This document shows positions 1 through 8,875 of a DNA stretch of 64,000 nt, piece by piece. Position 1 is the stretch's first letter. Each line of letters begins with the position of its first letter. A program made the translations under genes and the position numbers. The notes under the pieces were generated by a model, which worked only from the letters and a program-made list of their open reading frames with translations, searched no databases and was not told the DNA's origin. Origin of the DNA: Cyanobacteria bacterium P01_A01_bin.123 (GTDB taxonomy: Bacteria > Cyanobacteriota > Cyanobacteriia > Phormidesmidales > Phormidesmidaceae); NCBI GenBank assembly GCA_039815185.1, contig JBCBZT010000033.1, positions 1 to 64,000 on the forward strand. The letters run 5' to 3'.

Positions 1-2
1 AA

Positions 3-176
3 CGAGGCAAAGCCTTAGAAACAATTGAAATCAATTCTGCTCAAGGCAATCCCTTTAATGTCCCAAAATCTTCCCATGCCATCCTGACATTAGGCTATCG
101 AGAAACAGGACATCCGGCCCATCAAGCCTTTGAGCGAGTGCTTGATTTTATGCAGACTCAGCTAAACCCGACTTAA
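3..176 (+). CDS. 3' end of a gene entering the window, possibly dienelactone hydrolase family
   Basis: Open frame RGKALETIEINSAQGNPFNVPKSSHAILTLGYRETGHPAHQAFERVLDFMQTQLNPT*, resembling the C-terminal His-containing segment of alpha/beta hydrolases. Confidence 0.45.
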   Translation, partial: RGKALETIEINSAQGNPFNVPKSSHAILTLGYRETGHPAHQAFERVLDFMQTQLNPT

Positions 177-244
177 CCTGGGGCGATCGCACCTACAGCC
201 AAGCCCTGGATACAGTGCACCCTGAAGCTCAAAAATGTGATCTT

Positions 245-576
245 ATGAACGTCAAACTTGTAGAGTCTCTTGTGCAAGCCGTCGAGTCCTTACCCCCAGA
301 GGACTACGCACTGTTTCAAGATGTTCTACTTGAGAAAATTGTGCGGCAAACATCAGGCGTTGCAGGGGGCCATGCCTGCATTCGAGATACCCGCATTGCC
401 CTATGGACACTCATCTCTCTAATCAATCAAGGGGCTGATGAAGCCGAACTCGCACGCGATTTTCCTGGTTTGACTCGCTTTGATTTTTGGTGGCCCAGGC
501 TTATTACCGGGCTAATCAAGACGAAATTGATGCCCTCATTACCTCTCATGCCCATGAGGACGAGGTAGATGTTTAG
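245..576 (+). pseudogene. DUF433-family antitoxin, frameshifted at T-run ~484-488
   Basis: GVAGGHACIRDTRIALWTLI...GADEAELARDFPGL is DUF433-like; the expected ending LVAQAYYRANQDEIDALI continues in another frame to TAG at 574-576. Confidence 0.75.
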
Positions 577-954
577 GTTCTATGCCAAGAAAATTTGTCT
601 TTCGTGTGGGTCGATGAGTTGCGTCAACTGGGACACGACGTACTCACATCCTATGAAGCTGACAATGCTAATCAACGGATTCCTGATGTTCAGGTTTTGG
701 CGGCGGCAACAGCAGACAACCGCTGCGTGGTGACTTTCAACCGCGATGATTTTGTAGCCCTGCATCGCAGCGGTGTTAAACACGGAGGCATCGTAGTGTG
801 CAAAGCCGATCGAGATCGTTCGGAGCAGGTGCGGATACTCTATGAATACTTGTTCACCCAAGTGACCCTATGCGATCGCCTCCTCAGGGTACAGAAGCAA
901 AATCAGCCCAAGGCCAGCAAACAAAGTTTTATCGTGCGGGAATATCGGAGATAA
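569..954 (+). pseudogene. DUF5615 PIN-like toxin, frameshifted near 587-590
   Basis: ATG at 569 gives MFRFYA, then ENLSFVWVDELRQLGHDVLT...D.QVLAAA...R.VVTFNRDDF...HGGIVV in the frame of ORF 595..954; start overlaps the antitoxin stop. Confidence 0.75.
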
Positions 955-1742
955 ATCCTGTTGCCCAATGCCAATCACTCCAAGGTAGTACACATCAGAA
1001 ACCTGCGAATGTCAGCTCAGGCATCCGCGACACCCAGCAACACAAGTCATTCCCTACAATCCATACGCCAAGCCAGATGCGCTGAAACTAGCAAAGTCAC
1101 TCAGGTACAACCAGGATCAAGGGCGTTCATCTCGATTTCAAGCTGCTTAGGACATCTATTCGTTCACACACAAAACCCCAACTAAGACCTCGGCTGAACG
1201 CAAAGCTTGTGCCCATGAAGCCCAGTTTCTCATCAAGGTAGCTCGGCCAGAAGACGGGACGCTCCCAGTTGTTCTCGAAGATTGGGATCTGCGCACTGAT
1301 GTCTTAGGCAACGATTATCTGACCTATGGCGAAGAGCCCCCTGTCTTTGCTTACCAGGTGCAACTCAAAAGCCCTGCGAGCTATGGTGATGGTTGCCCCA
1401 TTGCCATCAAAACGCTCTATCTCCTTACCCATCTTTTGCAATGGGAAATCCCAGAGTTGGTGAATCGCTGTTACCGGGGACATTGGCTTTGTGGCCCAAT
1501 TCAAGAAACTGATGGGGCGGCTATGGTGTGGGGATTGTGATCGCCTCTGTTTTAGGGTTGCTAGGGCGCGATCGCACCATAGACAAAATTCCAACTCAAC
1601 CATTCGTGTCACTTTTTCTAGAGATAAAAAATGTACCACGAATGAAGGAAACAATTGCACTCGAACATACGACGAAGTCAAACGGGTGCATTTGCATTCT
1701 AGTTGCGATCCTCTGCTTGCCTGTCCAAGGCATCAGTTACAA

Positions 1743-3170
1743 CTACGAGATCTGCAAAATACCCATCATTCCTTGATCCTCATGGTCGAGGATATGGCAG
1801 TGGTAGACCGTGCGACCGACAAAATCCTCAAATCTGACTCGAATCGTGACCGCCTCGTAGCCCTTAATGCCCACAGTATCCTTCCACGCTTGAAGGGGCT
1901 CCGGTTGGCCATTGCGTTCGATTACCTGGAAGCGATTGGTATGGAGATGAAACGGATGATCCATGCTGGCTTGGTTGATGATGCGCCAGTCTTCGACTTG
2001 ATTGAGACGGACTTGAGTGTTGATTCGATCCATCACAAAGGATTGACCGTTGATGATGAATCCGGTTGCTCCAGCTGTCGGATCATTGCCGTGATTAAGG
2101 ACAAACTGACGAGTTATGTCGGGTGTAGGGAGTGGCTCGACAGGGATGAGCTGCTGGGGTAACGGTAGCGGTTCGGAGAGATTGCTTGCTTGATAGCGAA
2201 GCGTCGCAATCGTCGTTTGCGTAGGCCGTATCACCCCTGGCATTTGCTCAATGGCATCACCGAATGACTTCATCATGTCAGCAGTACCGCGATCGTAAGG
2301 CAAACTCAATATTGCATAGTCGCCGGGTTCCTGTTGGCCAGGGATCAGCAGTTCTGCTCGTTCACCAGGGGACAGTAAAAGCGTGTCAAGTTCTGTTGGT
2401 TCCGCGATTGCCCCTCGGTCTGTTGCCATCAAAAACCAAGGATGCTCAGGCAACTGGAGCTGATAAATCCGGGATGCTGAGGCGTTAATAAGCCGCAAAC
2501 GCAGCAAACCATTCTGAGGCAAGGTGACTACCGGATTTTGCTGGCCATTCGCCAGTAATCGCCCCCCTTCTCGTCCCCACTTTTTACCCAGCGGACTGGG
2601 ATGATCAAAATCGCCTTGCGGATCTGTTTCAAAGTCTTGCAGCACCAGCAGCGACTCTTCAGCAGCTTGAAGCTCAGGAATATTGTCTAGATCTCCTCGG
2701 ATGATCAATGGGCCAGCCAAACCGCCGAAGACTTGCGGTGCAACCTTGAGATGATAGTGGGGGTGATACCAGCCTGTGATTGCCGGGTGATTTTGGGGAA
2801 TTTGGAATTCGTAAGTATAGCGCTCTCCAGCAGGAACTTCCTTGAATACGTCGTCGATTTCGGGTGAAATATGCAGCCCGTGGTAGTGCAAATTCGTCGA
2901 GGCATCCAGCTGGTTAATCAAGGTCAAGCGGACGGTATCCCCTGCATGGGCTTCAAGGATAGGACCTGGGACTTGATCGTTGTAGGCCAACACCCGAGTA
3001 GATTGTCCAGCTAGCGATCGCGTTTGTGCTCTAGCCGTGAGGTCAAGCTCTAATAGACCGTCGTGACTGGTCATTCGGCTTATACTCCTGCTATCTCGCG
3101 CACATTGGGAGAATAATGGCGCGCTGGATACAGCAGCCATCAGCCTTAAAAATTGGCGGCGTTGCATCAC
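1743..3170 (-). CDS. Multicopper oxidase (CueO/SufI-like), Tat-exported lipoprotein
   Basis: QRRQFL Tat motif, LFSQC lipobox, copper motifs HYHG, WYHPH, HPFHLH, YHCHILDHEDQGMM. Confidence 0.95.
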   Translation of the reverse strand: MMQRRQFLRLMAAVSSAPLFSQCARDSRSISRMTSHDGLLELDLTARAQTRSLAGQSTRVLAYNDQVPGPILEAHAGDTVRLTLINQLDASTNLHYHGLHISPEIDDVFKEVPAGERYTYEFQIPQNHPAITGWYHPHYHLKVAPQVFGGLAGPLIIRGDLDNIPELQAAEESLLVLQDFETDPQGDFDHPSPLGKKWGREGGRLLANGQQNPVVTLPQNGLLRLRLINASASRIYQLQLPEHPWFLMATDRGAIAEPTELDTLLLSPGERAELLIPGQQEPGDYAILSLPYDRGTADMMKSFGDAIEQMPGVIRPTQTTIATLRYQASNLSEPLPLPQQLIPVEPLPTPDITRQFVLNHGNDPTAGATGFIINGQSFVMDRINTQVRLNQVEDWRIINQASMDHPFHLHTNRFQVIERNGQPEPLQAWKDTVGIKGYEAVTIRVRFEDFVGRTVYHCHILDHEDQGMMGILQIS

Positions 3171-3189
3171 TGAGTACTCTCTAAAATTT

Positions 3190-4653
3190 TTAGGTTGGCT
3201 GGATTTCCAGAATGCCCATCATGCCGCGATCTTCATGATCAAGCACGTGGCAATGGTAAACCGTCTTACCCGTATAGTCTTGAAAGGCCATCCGAATGCG
3301 AACGCGTTCCCCAGGACTAACTAACACCACATCCTTCCAGGCGGCATAAGGCGTAGGCTGACCGTTGCGGCTGATGACCTGAAACTTATTGACATGAACA
3401 TGGAAAGGGTGAGCCATAGTACCTGTATTGATAATGTCCCAATCTTCGATGGTGTTGAGGGCGACCTGGGTGTCGATACGGGCGTGGTCAAAAGCTTTGT
3501 CGTTAATCAAAAACACCATACCCATGCCATGGTTCAGCATAAACTGGCGCGTAGTCTGCGGGTCTGGTAGGGGTTCAATCGAAATCAACTGGGCAGGCAA
3601 TGGAATTTCAGGGGTGGTGCCGCTATAGGTGAGCATCGCGACTGTTTCAGTGCGGCTGCGATTTGAGGAATTCCCCATCATGCCATTGCCCCCCATCCCC
3701 CCCCACATTCCTTGGGCTGGGTTAAAGGGCTGATTCAATAGGCGATATTGTCCAGGTTCTCGGTTACCGCGCACCAGTACTTCAACCCGTTCACCGGGGG
3801 CCAGTACCAGATCATTCAGCTCGACCGGCGTTGAAATCGCTCCGCCATCCGTCGCAATCAAGTGAAAAGGGTGGTTTTCTAGAGATAGCCAGAAAAAGCG
3901 AGAGGATGAGGCATTGAGCAACCGCAATCGCAGCAGGCCACCTTGGGGCATTTGCAGCTCTGGGTTGAACTGACCATTTACTGTCAGCAAATCCCCGACA
4001 CGACCCGTCATTTGAGCCATGTGGCCGGGACGAGGAATGTTGCCACTGCGATCGAGGGCAAAGTCTTTTAGAACCAGAAATTCTTCCTGGGCTGCTTTAA
4101 TTTCAGAGATGTCGTCCAGTTCGCCCCGGATGACAAAGAGTCCTGCGAGTCCTGCAAAGAGCTGCTCAGCGACCAATCCATGGTAATGGGGGTGATACCA
4201 AAAGGTTCCGGCAGGATGGTTCTCGGGAATCTGAAACTCATAGGTGTGGCTTTCACCCGGGGAAATTTCCAGCAAGATATCGTCGCCCGTACCCGTTGGC
4301 GGAATGTGTAGTCCGTGATAGTGGAGATTAGTGGGTTGATCGAGCCGATTGGTAAAGCGAATCTGCACGGTATCGCCAGGTCTAGCTTCCAATTGGGGGC
4401 CAGGTAACTGACCGTTATAGGTGAGTAGGTTGGCAGTGCGATTGCCCAACTGCACGCGTTGAGCTTCTGCCACTAAATCGAAACTCAGTAAACCCCCTTC
4501 ACTCCGATAGGACTGAGCCTGGGCCTGAGAAGCCCCCGGCGCAGTGGACTGAGATGAGCCTCTGGAGCATTGAGAAAGGAGCAATGCTGCCGTCGTTCCC
4601 AGGCTTAGATCCAGAAAATTTCTTCGCTTCATGGCGTTCGTCACTGTCATCAA
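3190..4653 (-). CDS. Multicopper oxidase (CueO/SufI-like), Tat-exported lipoprotein with Met/Gly-rich loop
   Basis: KRRNFL, LLSQC, HYHG, FWYHPH, HPFHVH, YHCHVLDHEDRGMM; GMWGGMGGNGMMG insert. Confidence 0.95.
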   Translation of the reverse strand: MMTVTNAMKRRNFLDLSLGTTAALLLSQCSRGSSQSTAPGASQAQAQSYRSEGGLLSFDLVAEAQRVQLGNRTANLLTYNGQLPGPQLEARPGDTVQIRFTNRLDQPTNLHYHGLHIPPTGTGDDILLEISPGESHTYEFQIPENHPAGTFWYHPHYHGLVAEQLFAGLAGLFVIRGELDDISEIKAAQEEFLVLKDFALDRSGNIPRPGHMAQMTGRVGDLLTVNGQFNPELQMPQGGLLRLRLLNASSSRFFWLSLENHPFHLIATDGGAISTPVELNDLVLAPGERVEVLVRGNREPGQYRLLNQPFNPAQGMWGGMGGNGMMGNSSNRSRTETVAMLTYSGTTPEIPLPAQLISIEPLPDPQTTRQFMLNHGMGMVFLINDKAFDHARIDTQVALNTIEDWDIINTGTMAHPFHVHVNKFQVISRNGQPTPYAAWKDVVLVSPGERVRIRMAFQDYTGKTVYHCHVLDHEDRGMMGILEIQPT

Positions 4654-4705
4654 AACTGATATTGAACTGAATGGTGGCCGCGCTGGGCGTTTCTCCGGTG
4701 CTACA

Positions 4706-5272
4706 TCAAGTCACTTTAGCCGCCGGAGCTAAATTGGCCGCTTCAGACTTGGGAGAACTGGCTACCGCTTCGACTGTGCCCCGAAACATATTCATGCCGC
4801 AGGTGAATTCGTAGCGTCCTGGCTCACTAGGCGTGAACTCAATCGCAGTTGTCTGATTCACTGGCAAAGCTTTGGCGATGCGAAAGTCAGGCAAGCGGAT
4901 TTCTTCCAAACAGCTACTAGGATCAGTCCGGTAGAAATTGAGTCGCACCAGTTGCCCTGCCTGAACGACAACTTGGCTGGGTTCATAGCCGCCATCCACC
5001 GTGATAGTAATTTCTTGCACCCCATCATGACGCTTCGCTCGGCTTGATTTGGGCTGGCCCAAGACAAACCACCACAGCTCTAGCCCAATTAGACCCAGGC
5101 CGCCAGCCGTTACCAGTGCCTTTGTCCATATTGGCTGCTCGATCCGGCGAAACCCGCTGCTATTAGCTGATGTTGCATCATGGGACATCTGAGCGGGGGA
5201 AGCAGTTGTCAGGGCTAACCATAACCCTAAACTCGCTAAACTGCTTAGGGTGAATTTTCGATAACGCAGCAT
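4706..5272 (-). CDS. Membrane-anchored cupredoxin-domain protein (CupA-like)
   Basis: TM helix followed by VDGGYEP...SSCLEE...FTCGMNMFRG; start placed at MLRYRK (ORF track starts at 5311). Confidence 0.85.
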   Translation of the reverse strand: MLRYRKFTLSSLASLGLWLALTTASPAQMSHDATSANSSGFRRIEQPIWTKALVTAGGLGLIGLELWWFVLGQPKSSRAKRHDGVQEITITVDGGYEPSQVVVQAGQLVRLNFYRTDPSSCLEEIRLPDFRIAKALPVNQTTAIEFTPSEPGRYEFTCGMNMFRGTVEAVASSPKSEAANLAPAAKVT

Positions 5273-5288
5273 GAAAAACCTCCGATGG

Positions 5289-5396
5289 CTAGCTAGCCAC
5301 GCCAAAGACAATAAAGTTGCCCAGAATGCCGGAAATTACACCGAGTAGAAAGCCGACACCGACTAGGAGGGCGAAGAATGAGGAGGGGTAGGTCAT
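5289..5396 (-). CDS. 35-aa single-TM membrane peptide (below ORF-track cutoff)
   Basis: MTYPSSFFALLVGVGFLLGVISGILGNFIVFGVAS*, AAGGA Shine-Dalgarno upstream, fills the gap between the ATPase and cupredoxin genes. Confidence 0.55.
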   Translation of the reverse strand: MTYPSSFFALLVGVGFLLGVISGILGNFIVFGVAS

Positions 5397-5412
5397 GGTG
5401 GGTGTCCTTTAT

Positions 5413-5467
5413 AGGGAGGGAGAGGGGGAGAGAAGGGGGGAGAGGGAGATAGAGAAAGAGGGAGGCA
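5413..5467. repeat. Purine-rich low-complexity tract
   Basis: agggagggagagggggagagaaggggggagagggagatagagaaagagggagg, typical of cyanobacterial intergenic short repeats. Confidence 0.7.
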
Positions 5468-5471
5468 AGCA

Positions 5472-7730
5472 TTACCCGCCGGGTCGGGGCTGAAAGTTTC
5501 GCAGGCGCAACGCGTTGGTCACCACAGAAACTGAGCTAAAGGCCATGGCTGCACCCGCAATGATGGGGTTTAGGAGCCAGCCAGAGAGGGGATAGAGGAT
5601 GCCTGCGGCGATGGGAATACCCGCTACGTTGTAGATAAAGGCGAAGAATAGGTTTTGCCGAATATTGCGAATGGTGGCGCGGGAGAGCTGAATCGCCGTA
5701 ACGATGCCCCATAAATCACCGGATATTAGGGTGATATCGCTAGCGGCGATCGCCACATCGGTTCCCGTCCCAATGGCCATACCCACATCAGCTTGAGCCA
5801 AGGCTGGGGCGTCGTTAATGCCATCGCCGACCATGGCCACCAGCTTGCCTTCTTGCTGCAAGGCCATCACCTGATCGGCTTTTTGATCAGGGCGCACCTC
5901 CGCCATGACTCGCTGAATGTTGACTTCTCGGGCAATCACTTCAGCAGTCCGACGATTATCACCCGTGAGCATCACGACTTCCAGACCCATCTTTTGCAGC
6001 GTCCGAATCGCATTAGCAGAGGAGGGTTTAACCGCATCGGCAATGCCCATGATGGCTCCTATCTGACCATCGATCGCTAACCAGACAGCGGTTTTGCCCT
6101 CAGACTCCAACCGATCCCAAGATTGCCTGAGTCTTTCAGTATCAAGGCTAAGTTCGCGCATCCAGCGATGAGTCCCGATTTGCACCCAGTGCCCCTCAAC
6201 GGAACCCTGGACACCACTACCGGCGATCGCCTCAAAGTGTTGGGCTTCCAGCAACGTTACCCCCTGCGTCTGTGCATACTGCACCACCGCTTCTGCCAGG
6301 GGATGCTCCGAGTGACGCTCTAAAGATCCCGCTAACTTGAGCAATGCGAGTTCGTTACCATTAGCCGTACCTTTTAAGGTGGCATAGTCTGTGACTGTCG
6401 GTTTGCCCTGCGTCACCGTGCCAGTTTTATCCAGCACGATGGTTCGAATCTTGTGGGCGAGTTCCAGGCTATCGGCCCCTTTGATTAAGATGCCGTTTTC
6501 TGCGCCTTTGCCTGTGCCCACCATAATCGAGGTGGGTGTAGCCAGTCCCAGGGCACAGGGGCAGGCCAAAATGAGCACGCCAACAGTAGTGATCAGGGCC
6601 ATGCTGACGTTGCCCATAATGTTGAACCAGAGGACGAAAGTGAGAATCGCGATCGCGATCACGACAGGCACAAACCAGCTGGTCACGCGATCGGCCAATC
6701 GTTGAATCGGGGCTTTCGACCCCTGAGCCTGCTGCACTAACTTGACAATCTGAGCCAAAAAGGTGTCTTTGCCCACCCGTGTGGCTCGGAATTTGAAGCT
6801 GCCAGTTTTGTTCAGCGTAGCTCCAATCACCTCATCGCCCACCTGCTTTTGCACAGGTACGCTTTCACCCGTTACCATCGCCTCATCCAAGGTAGAGGAA
6901 CCGTCAATAATCTCACCGTCCACCGGGATTTTTTCGCCAGGGCGCACCAGGACAACATCCCCTACCCCGACTTCCGTGATCGGGATATCGCACGCCTGGC
7001 CATTACGAATAACCCGAGCAGTTTTAGCCTGCAACCCCATCAGTTTACGAATCGCCTCAGATGTTTGTCCCTTGGCCCGGTTTTCCAAAAGATTACCCAG
7101 CAAAATCAAGGCAATAATGACAGCCGCAATTTCGTAGTACACATCGGGACGCAACCCTTGCTCCAGAAACCACTGGGGATAGAGCGTTGGGAATAGCGAG
7201 TATAGGTAGGCCGTGCCAGTTCCCACCGCGACTAAGGTATCCATTGTGGCCGAGTGGTGCTTCAGCGATTTCCAGGTGTTGATGAAGAAATCACTCCCTG
7301 CCCACCCCATGACCGGTAGGGTCAATACCAACTGCAACCAGGGATTGTGCAGCCATGCTGGAATGAATGGGATTTCAAGCCCCGTCATCATCGGTAGCGC
7401 GCCGATCATCAGCACGCCACCAATGACCAGGCTAAAGATAACTTTGCGGGTCAGCTCTCGCTCTCTGTACGCTCGCTCCAGGCGTTCGGCATCATCTCCA
7501 GCGGTGAGTGGATTCTCATCAACGGGCTGGGCTGTGTAGCCCGCACCATCGACTGTCTCCTGAATTGTGCTCGGATTTGTTTGCTTGGGGTCATAGGTGA
7601 CAGTTGCTTGCTCAGCGCCAAAATTGACGTTACAGGTTTCCACTCCAGACACTGAACGGATAGCGTTTTCCACGTTACTGGCACAGGCGGCACAGCTCAT
7701 ACCGCCCAACTTAAAGGTTTGCGTTTCCAT
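5472..7730 (-). CDS. copA: Cu(I)-translocating P1B-1 ATPase (CopA/PacS-like)
   Basis: N-terminal [40 protein letters not shown] and MAFSS TM motifs. Confidence 0.95.
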   Translation of the reverse strand: METQTFKLGGMSCAACASNVENAIRSVSGVETCNVNFGAEQATVTYDPKQTNPSTIQETVDGAGYTAQPVDENPLTAGDDAERLERAYRERELTRKVIFSLVIGGVLMIGALPMMTGLEIPFIPAWLHNPWLQLVLTLPVMGWAGSDFFINTWKSLKHHSATMDTLVAVGTGTAYLYSLFPTLYPQWFLEQGLRPDVYYEIAAVIIALILLGNLLENRAKGQTSEAIRKLMGLQAKTARVIRNGQACDIPITEVGVGDVVLVRPGEKIPVDGEIIDGSSTLDEAMVTGESVPVQKQVGDEVIGATLNKTGSFKFRATRVGKDTFLAQIVKLVQQAQGSKAPIQRLADRVTSWFVPVVIAIAILTFVLWFNIMGNVSMALITTVGVLILACPCALGLATPTSIMVGTGKGAENGILIKGADSLELAHKIRTIVLDKTGTVTQGKPTVTDYATLKGTANGNELALLKLAGSLERHSEHPLAEAVVQYAQTQGVTLLEAQHFEAIAGSGVQGSVEGHWVQIGTHRWMRELSLDTERLRQSWDRLESEGKTAVWLAIDGQIGAIMGIADAVKPSSANAIRTLQKMGLEVVMLTGDNRRTAEVIAREVNIQRVMAEVRPDQKADQVMALQQEGKLVAMVGDGINDAPALAQADVGMAIGTGTDVAIAASDITLISGDLWGIVTAIQLSRATIRNIRQNLFFAFIYNVAGIPIAAGILYPLSGWLLNPIIAGAAMAFSSVSVVTNALRLRNFQPRPGG

Positions 7731-7741
7731 CGGATCCTCCT

Positions 7742-7936
7742 TTAGGCCACGGTATAGCCAGCGGTGGTAATGGCGTCTTTAACCACAGTCTCAGAGGCGG
7801 TGGTGATGATATTGACCTGTTTTGTCTTGGCATCGGCTGTGACCTTGGCTGCGGCATCTACACCATGAACGGCTTTGGTAACGGCCTCAACGCAGGCAGA
7901 ACAAGCTAAATCGGGGACAGTTAAGGCTAGCTTCAT
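7742..7936 (-). CDS. copZ: HMA copper chaperone (CopZ/Atx1-like)
   Basis: 64 aa, DLACSAC motif, directly upstream of the Cu-ATPase. Confidence 0.9.
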   Translation of the reverse strand: MKLALTVPDLACSACVEAVTKAVHGVDAAAKVTADAKTKQVNIITTASETVVKDAITTAGYTVA

Positions 7937-7964
7937 GGGGTTATTCCTGATTGAGGGTGTCTCT

Positions 7965-7996
7965 ATCCTGAAGCCTCCAGTTAGCTATAGAGTCAA
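7965..7996 (-). promoter_or_regulatory. MerR-type promoter/operator of the copZ-copA operon
   Basis: TTGACT-20 bp (CTATAGCTAACTGGAGGCTT)-CAGGAT with an imperfect dyad in the spacer. Confidence 0.75.
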
Positions 7997-8026
7997 GGGG
8001 TTAAAACATTCTGTTTCAGAATCAAT

Positions 8027-8215
8027 CTAGCCTTTGAACCCATGGATAGAACTAAGACTTGTCGGCATCTGTAGAGTCGAGCGATTACATCCCCAACCAC
8101 GCATCATGCCGCCCCGCCACATCATGCCACCCATGAAAAGGGCACTGACTAGCAAGGTAGTAATAATGCCGATGACAAAACCAATCGAACCCGATGCCAA
8201 AATTTTGCTATCCAT
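8027..8215 (-). CDS. Small membrane protein with Met/Gly-rich tail
   Basis: One TM helix followed by MGGMMWRGGMMRGWGC; own MerR-type promoter upstream. Confidence 0.65.
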   Translation of the reverse strand: MDSKILASGSIGFVIGIITTLLVSALFMGGMMWRGGMMRGWGCNRSTLQMPTSLSSIHGFKG

Positions 8216-8285
8216 TATGGAACCTCTTCAGAAAAACTGACCTGAGACGGAAAATTATGTTAGAAGTGATTTTCCGCTTGCTCTT

Positions 8286-8317
8286 AGCTTAAAAACTACA
8301 GTCAGCTATAGAGTCAA
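8286..8317 (-). promoter_or_regulatory. MerR-type promoter/operator
   Basis: TTGACT-20 bp (CTATAGCTGACTGTAGTTTT)-TAAGCT. Confidence 0.75.
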
Positions 8318-8367
8318 GTTGGGAATACAGGATTTAATCCGACAAAAATTCATGTTGCCACTCAATA

Positions 8368-8384
8368 ATGAAATGCCAATGAAA
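8368..8384 (-). promoter_or_regulatory. OmpR-family (CopR/NrsR-like) direct-repeat box
   Basis: TTTCAT-TGGCA-TTTCAT on the minus strand. Confidence 0.55.
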
Positions 8385-8435
8385 TGGGTTACGGCTGCTA
8401 AAAATAGCGACCCAATCAAGCACTAGCATGACCTG

Positions 8436-8452
8436 ATGAAATCAAGATGAAA
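8436..8452 (-). promoter_or_regulatory. OmpR-family (CopR/NrsR-like) direct-repeat box
   Basis: TTTCAT-CTTGA-TTTCAT on the minus strand. Confidence 0.55.
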
Positions 8453-8482
8453 TTGACCTATTATGCAGGGGAGAAATTGAGC

Positions 8483-8701
8483 TTGATTCCTCACCATTCC
8501 ATTGCGATTTTGACTAGCGATCGCGCTCAGATTGCAGATGTTCGCGTTCGTAAACTGGCAGATGAAATTATTGAAGCGCAGCGCCGCGAAATCAAAGAAA
8601 TAGAGTAGCTAATTGCCGACATCAGAGAAAACGGCATAGTAAATATACCTGCTCAGACAGAAGTCAGACCACTACCAGATTTCTCCTCAAGTCCTGAATA
8701 G
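8483..8701 (+). pseudogene. Remnant of a DUF305 (CopM-like) metal-binding protein
   Basis: [49 protein letters not shown]...; 5' half missing, in-frame TAG at 8606-8608. Confidence 0.7.
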
Positions 8702-8796
8702 ATATCAGACGCTGCTAACAGAAGAATGTAGCTCACGAGAAAATCGATTCAGGACTGACTAAGAGAAGTCAAAACGTCAAGTATTGTTGCCACTAC

Positions 8797-8828
8797 TAGA
8801 GCCTACAGTTGACTTGAGGGTCTAGGGT
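8797..8828 (+). promoter_or_regulatory. MerR-type promoter/operator of the copB-like gene
   Basis: TAGAGC-20 bp (CTACAGTTGACTTGAGGGTC)-TAGGGT. Confidence 0.65.
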
Positions 8829-8875
8829 GAACACAAAGCTATTTATACCGCTTCAATATTACTAAGAGAAGTTCG

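Noticed and set aside
1151..1540. Open frame of ~130 codons including ORF 1358..1540
   Set aside because: No start or RBS for the long frame and no recognisable family; possibly a gene remnant
1491..2162. 223-aa plus-strand ORF and other long antisense ORFs (e.g. 40610..41695, 28880..29704, 34840..35640)
   Set aside because: Shadows of well-supported genes on the opposite strand in GC-rich DNA
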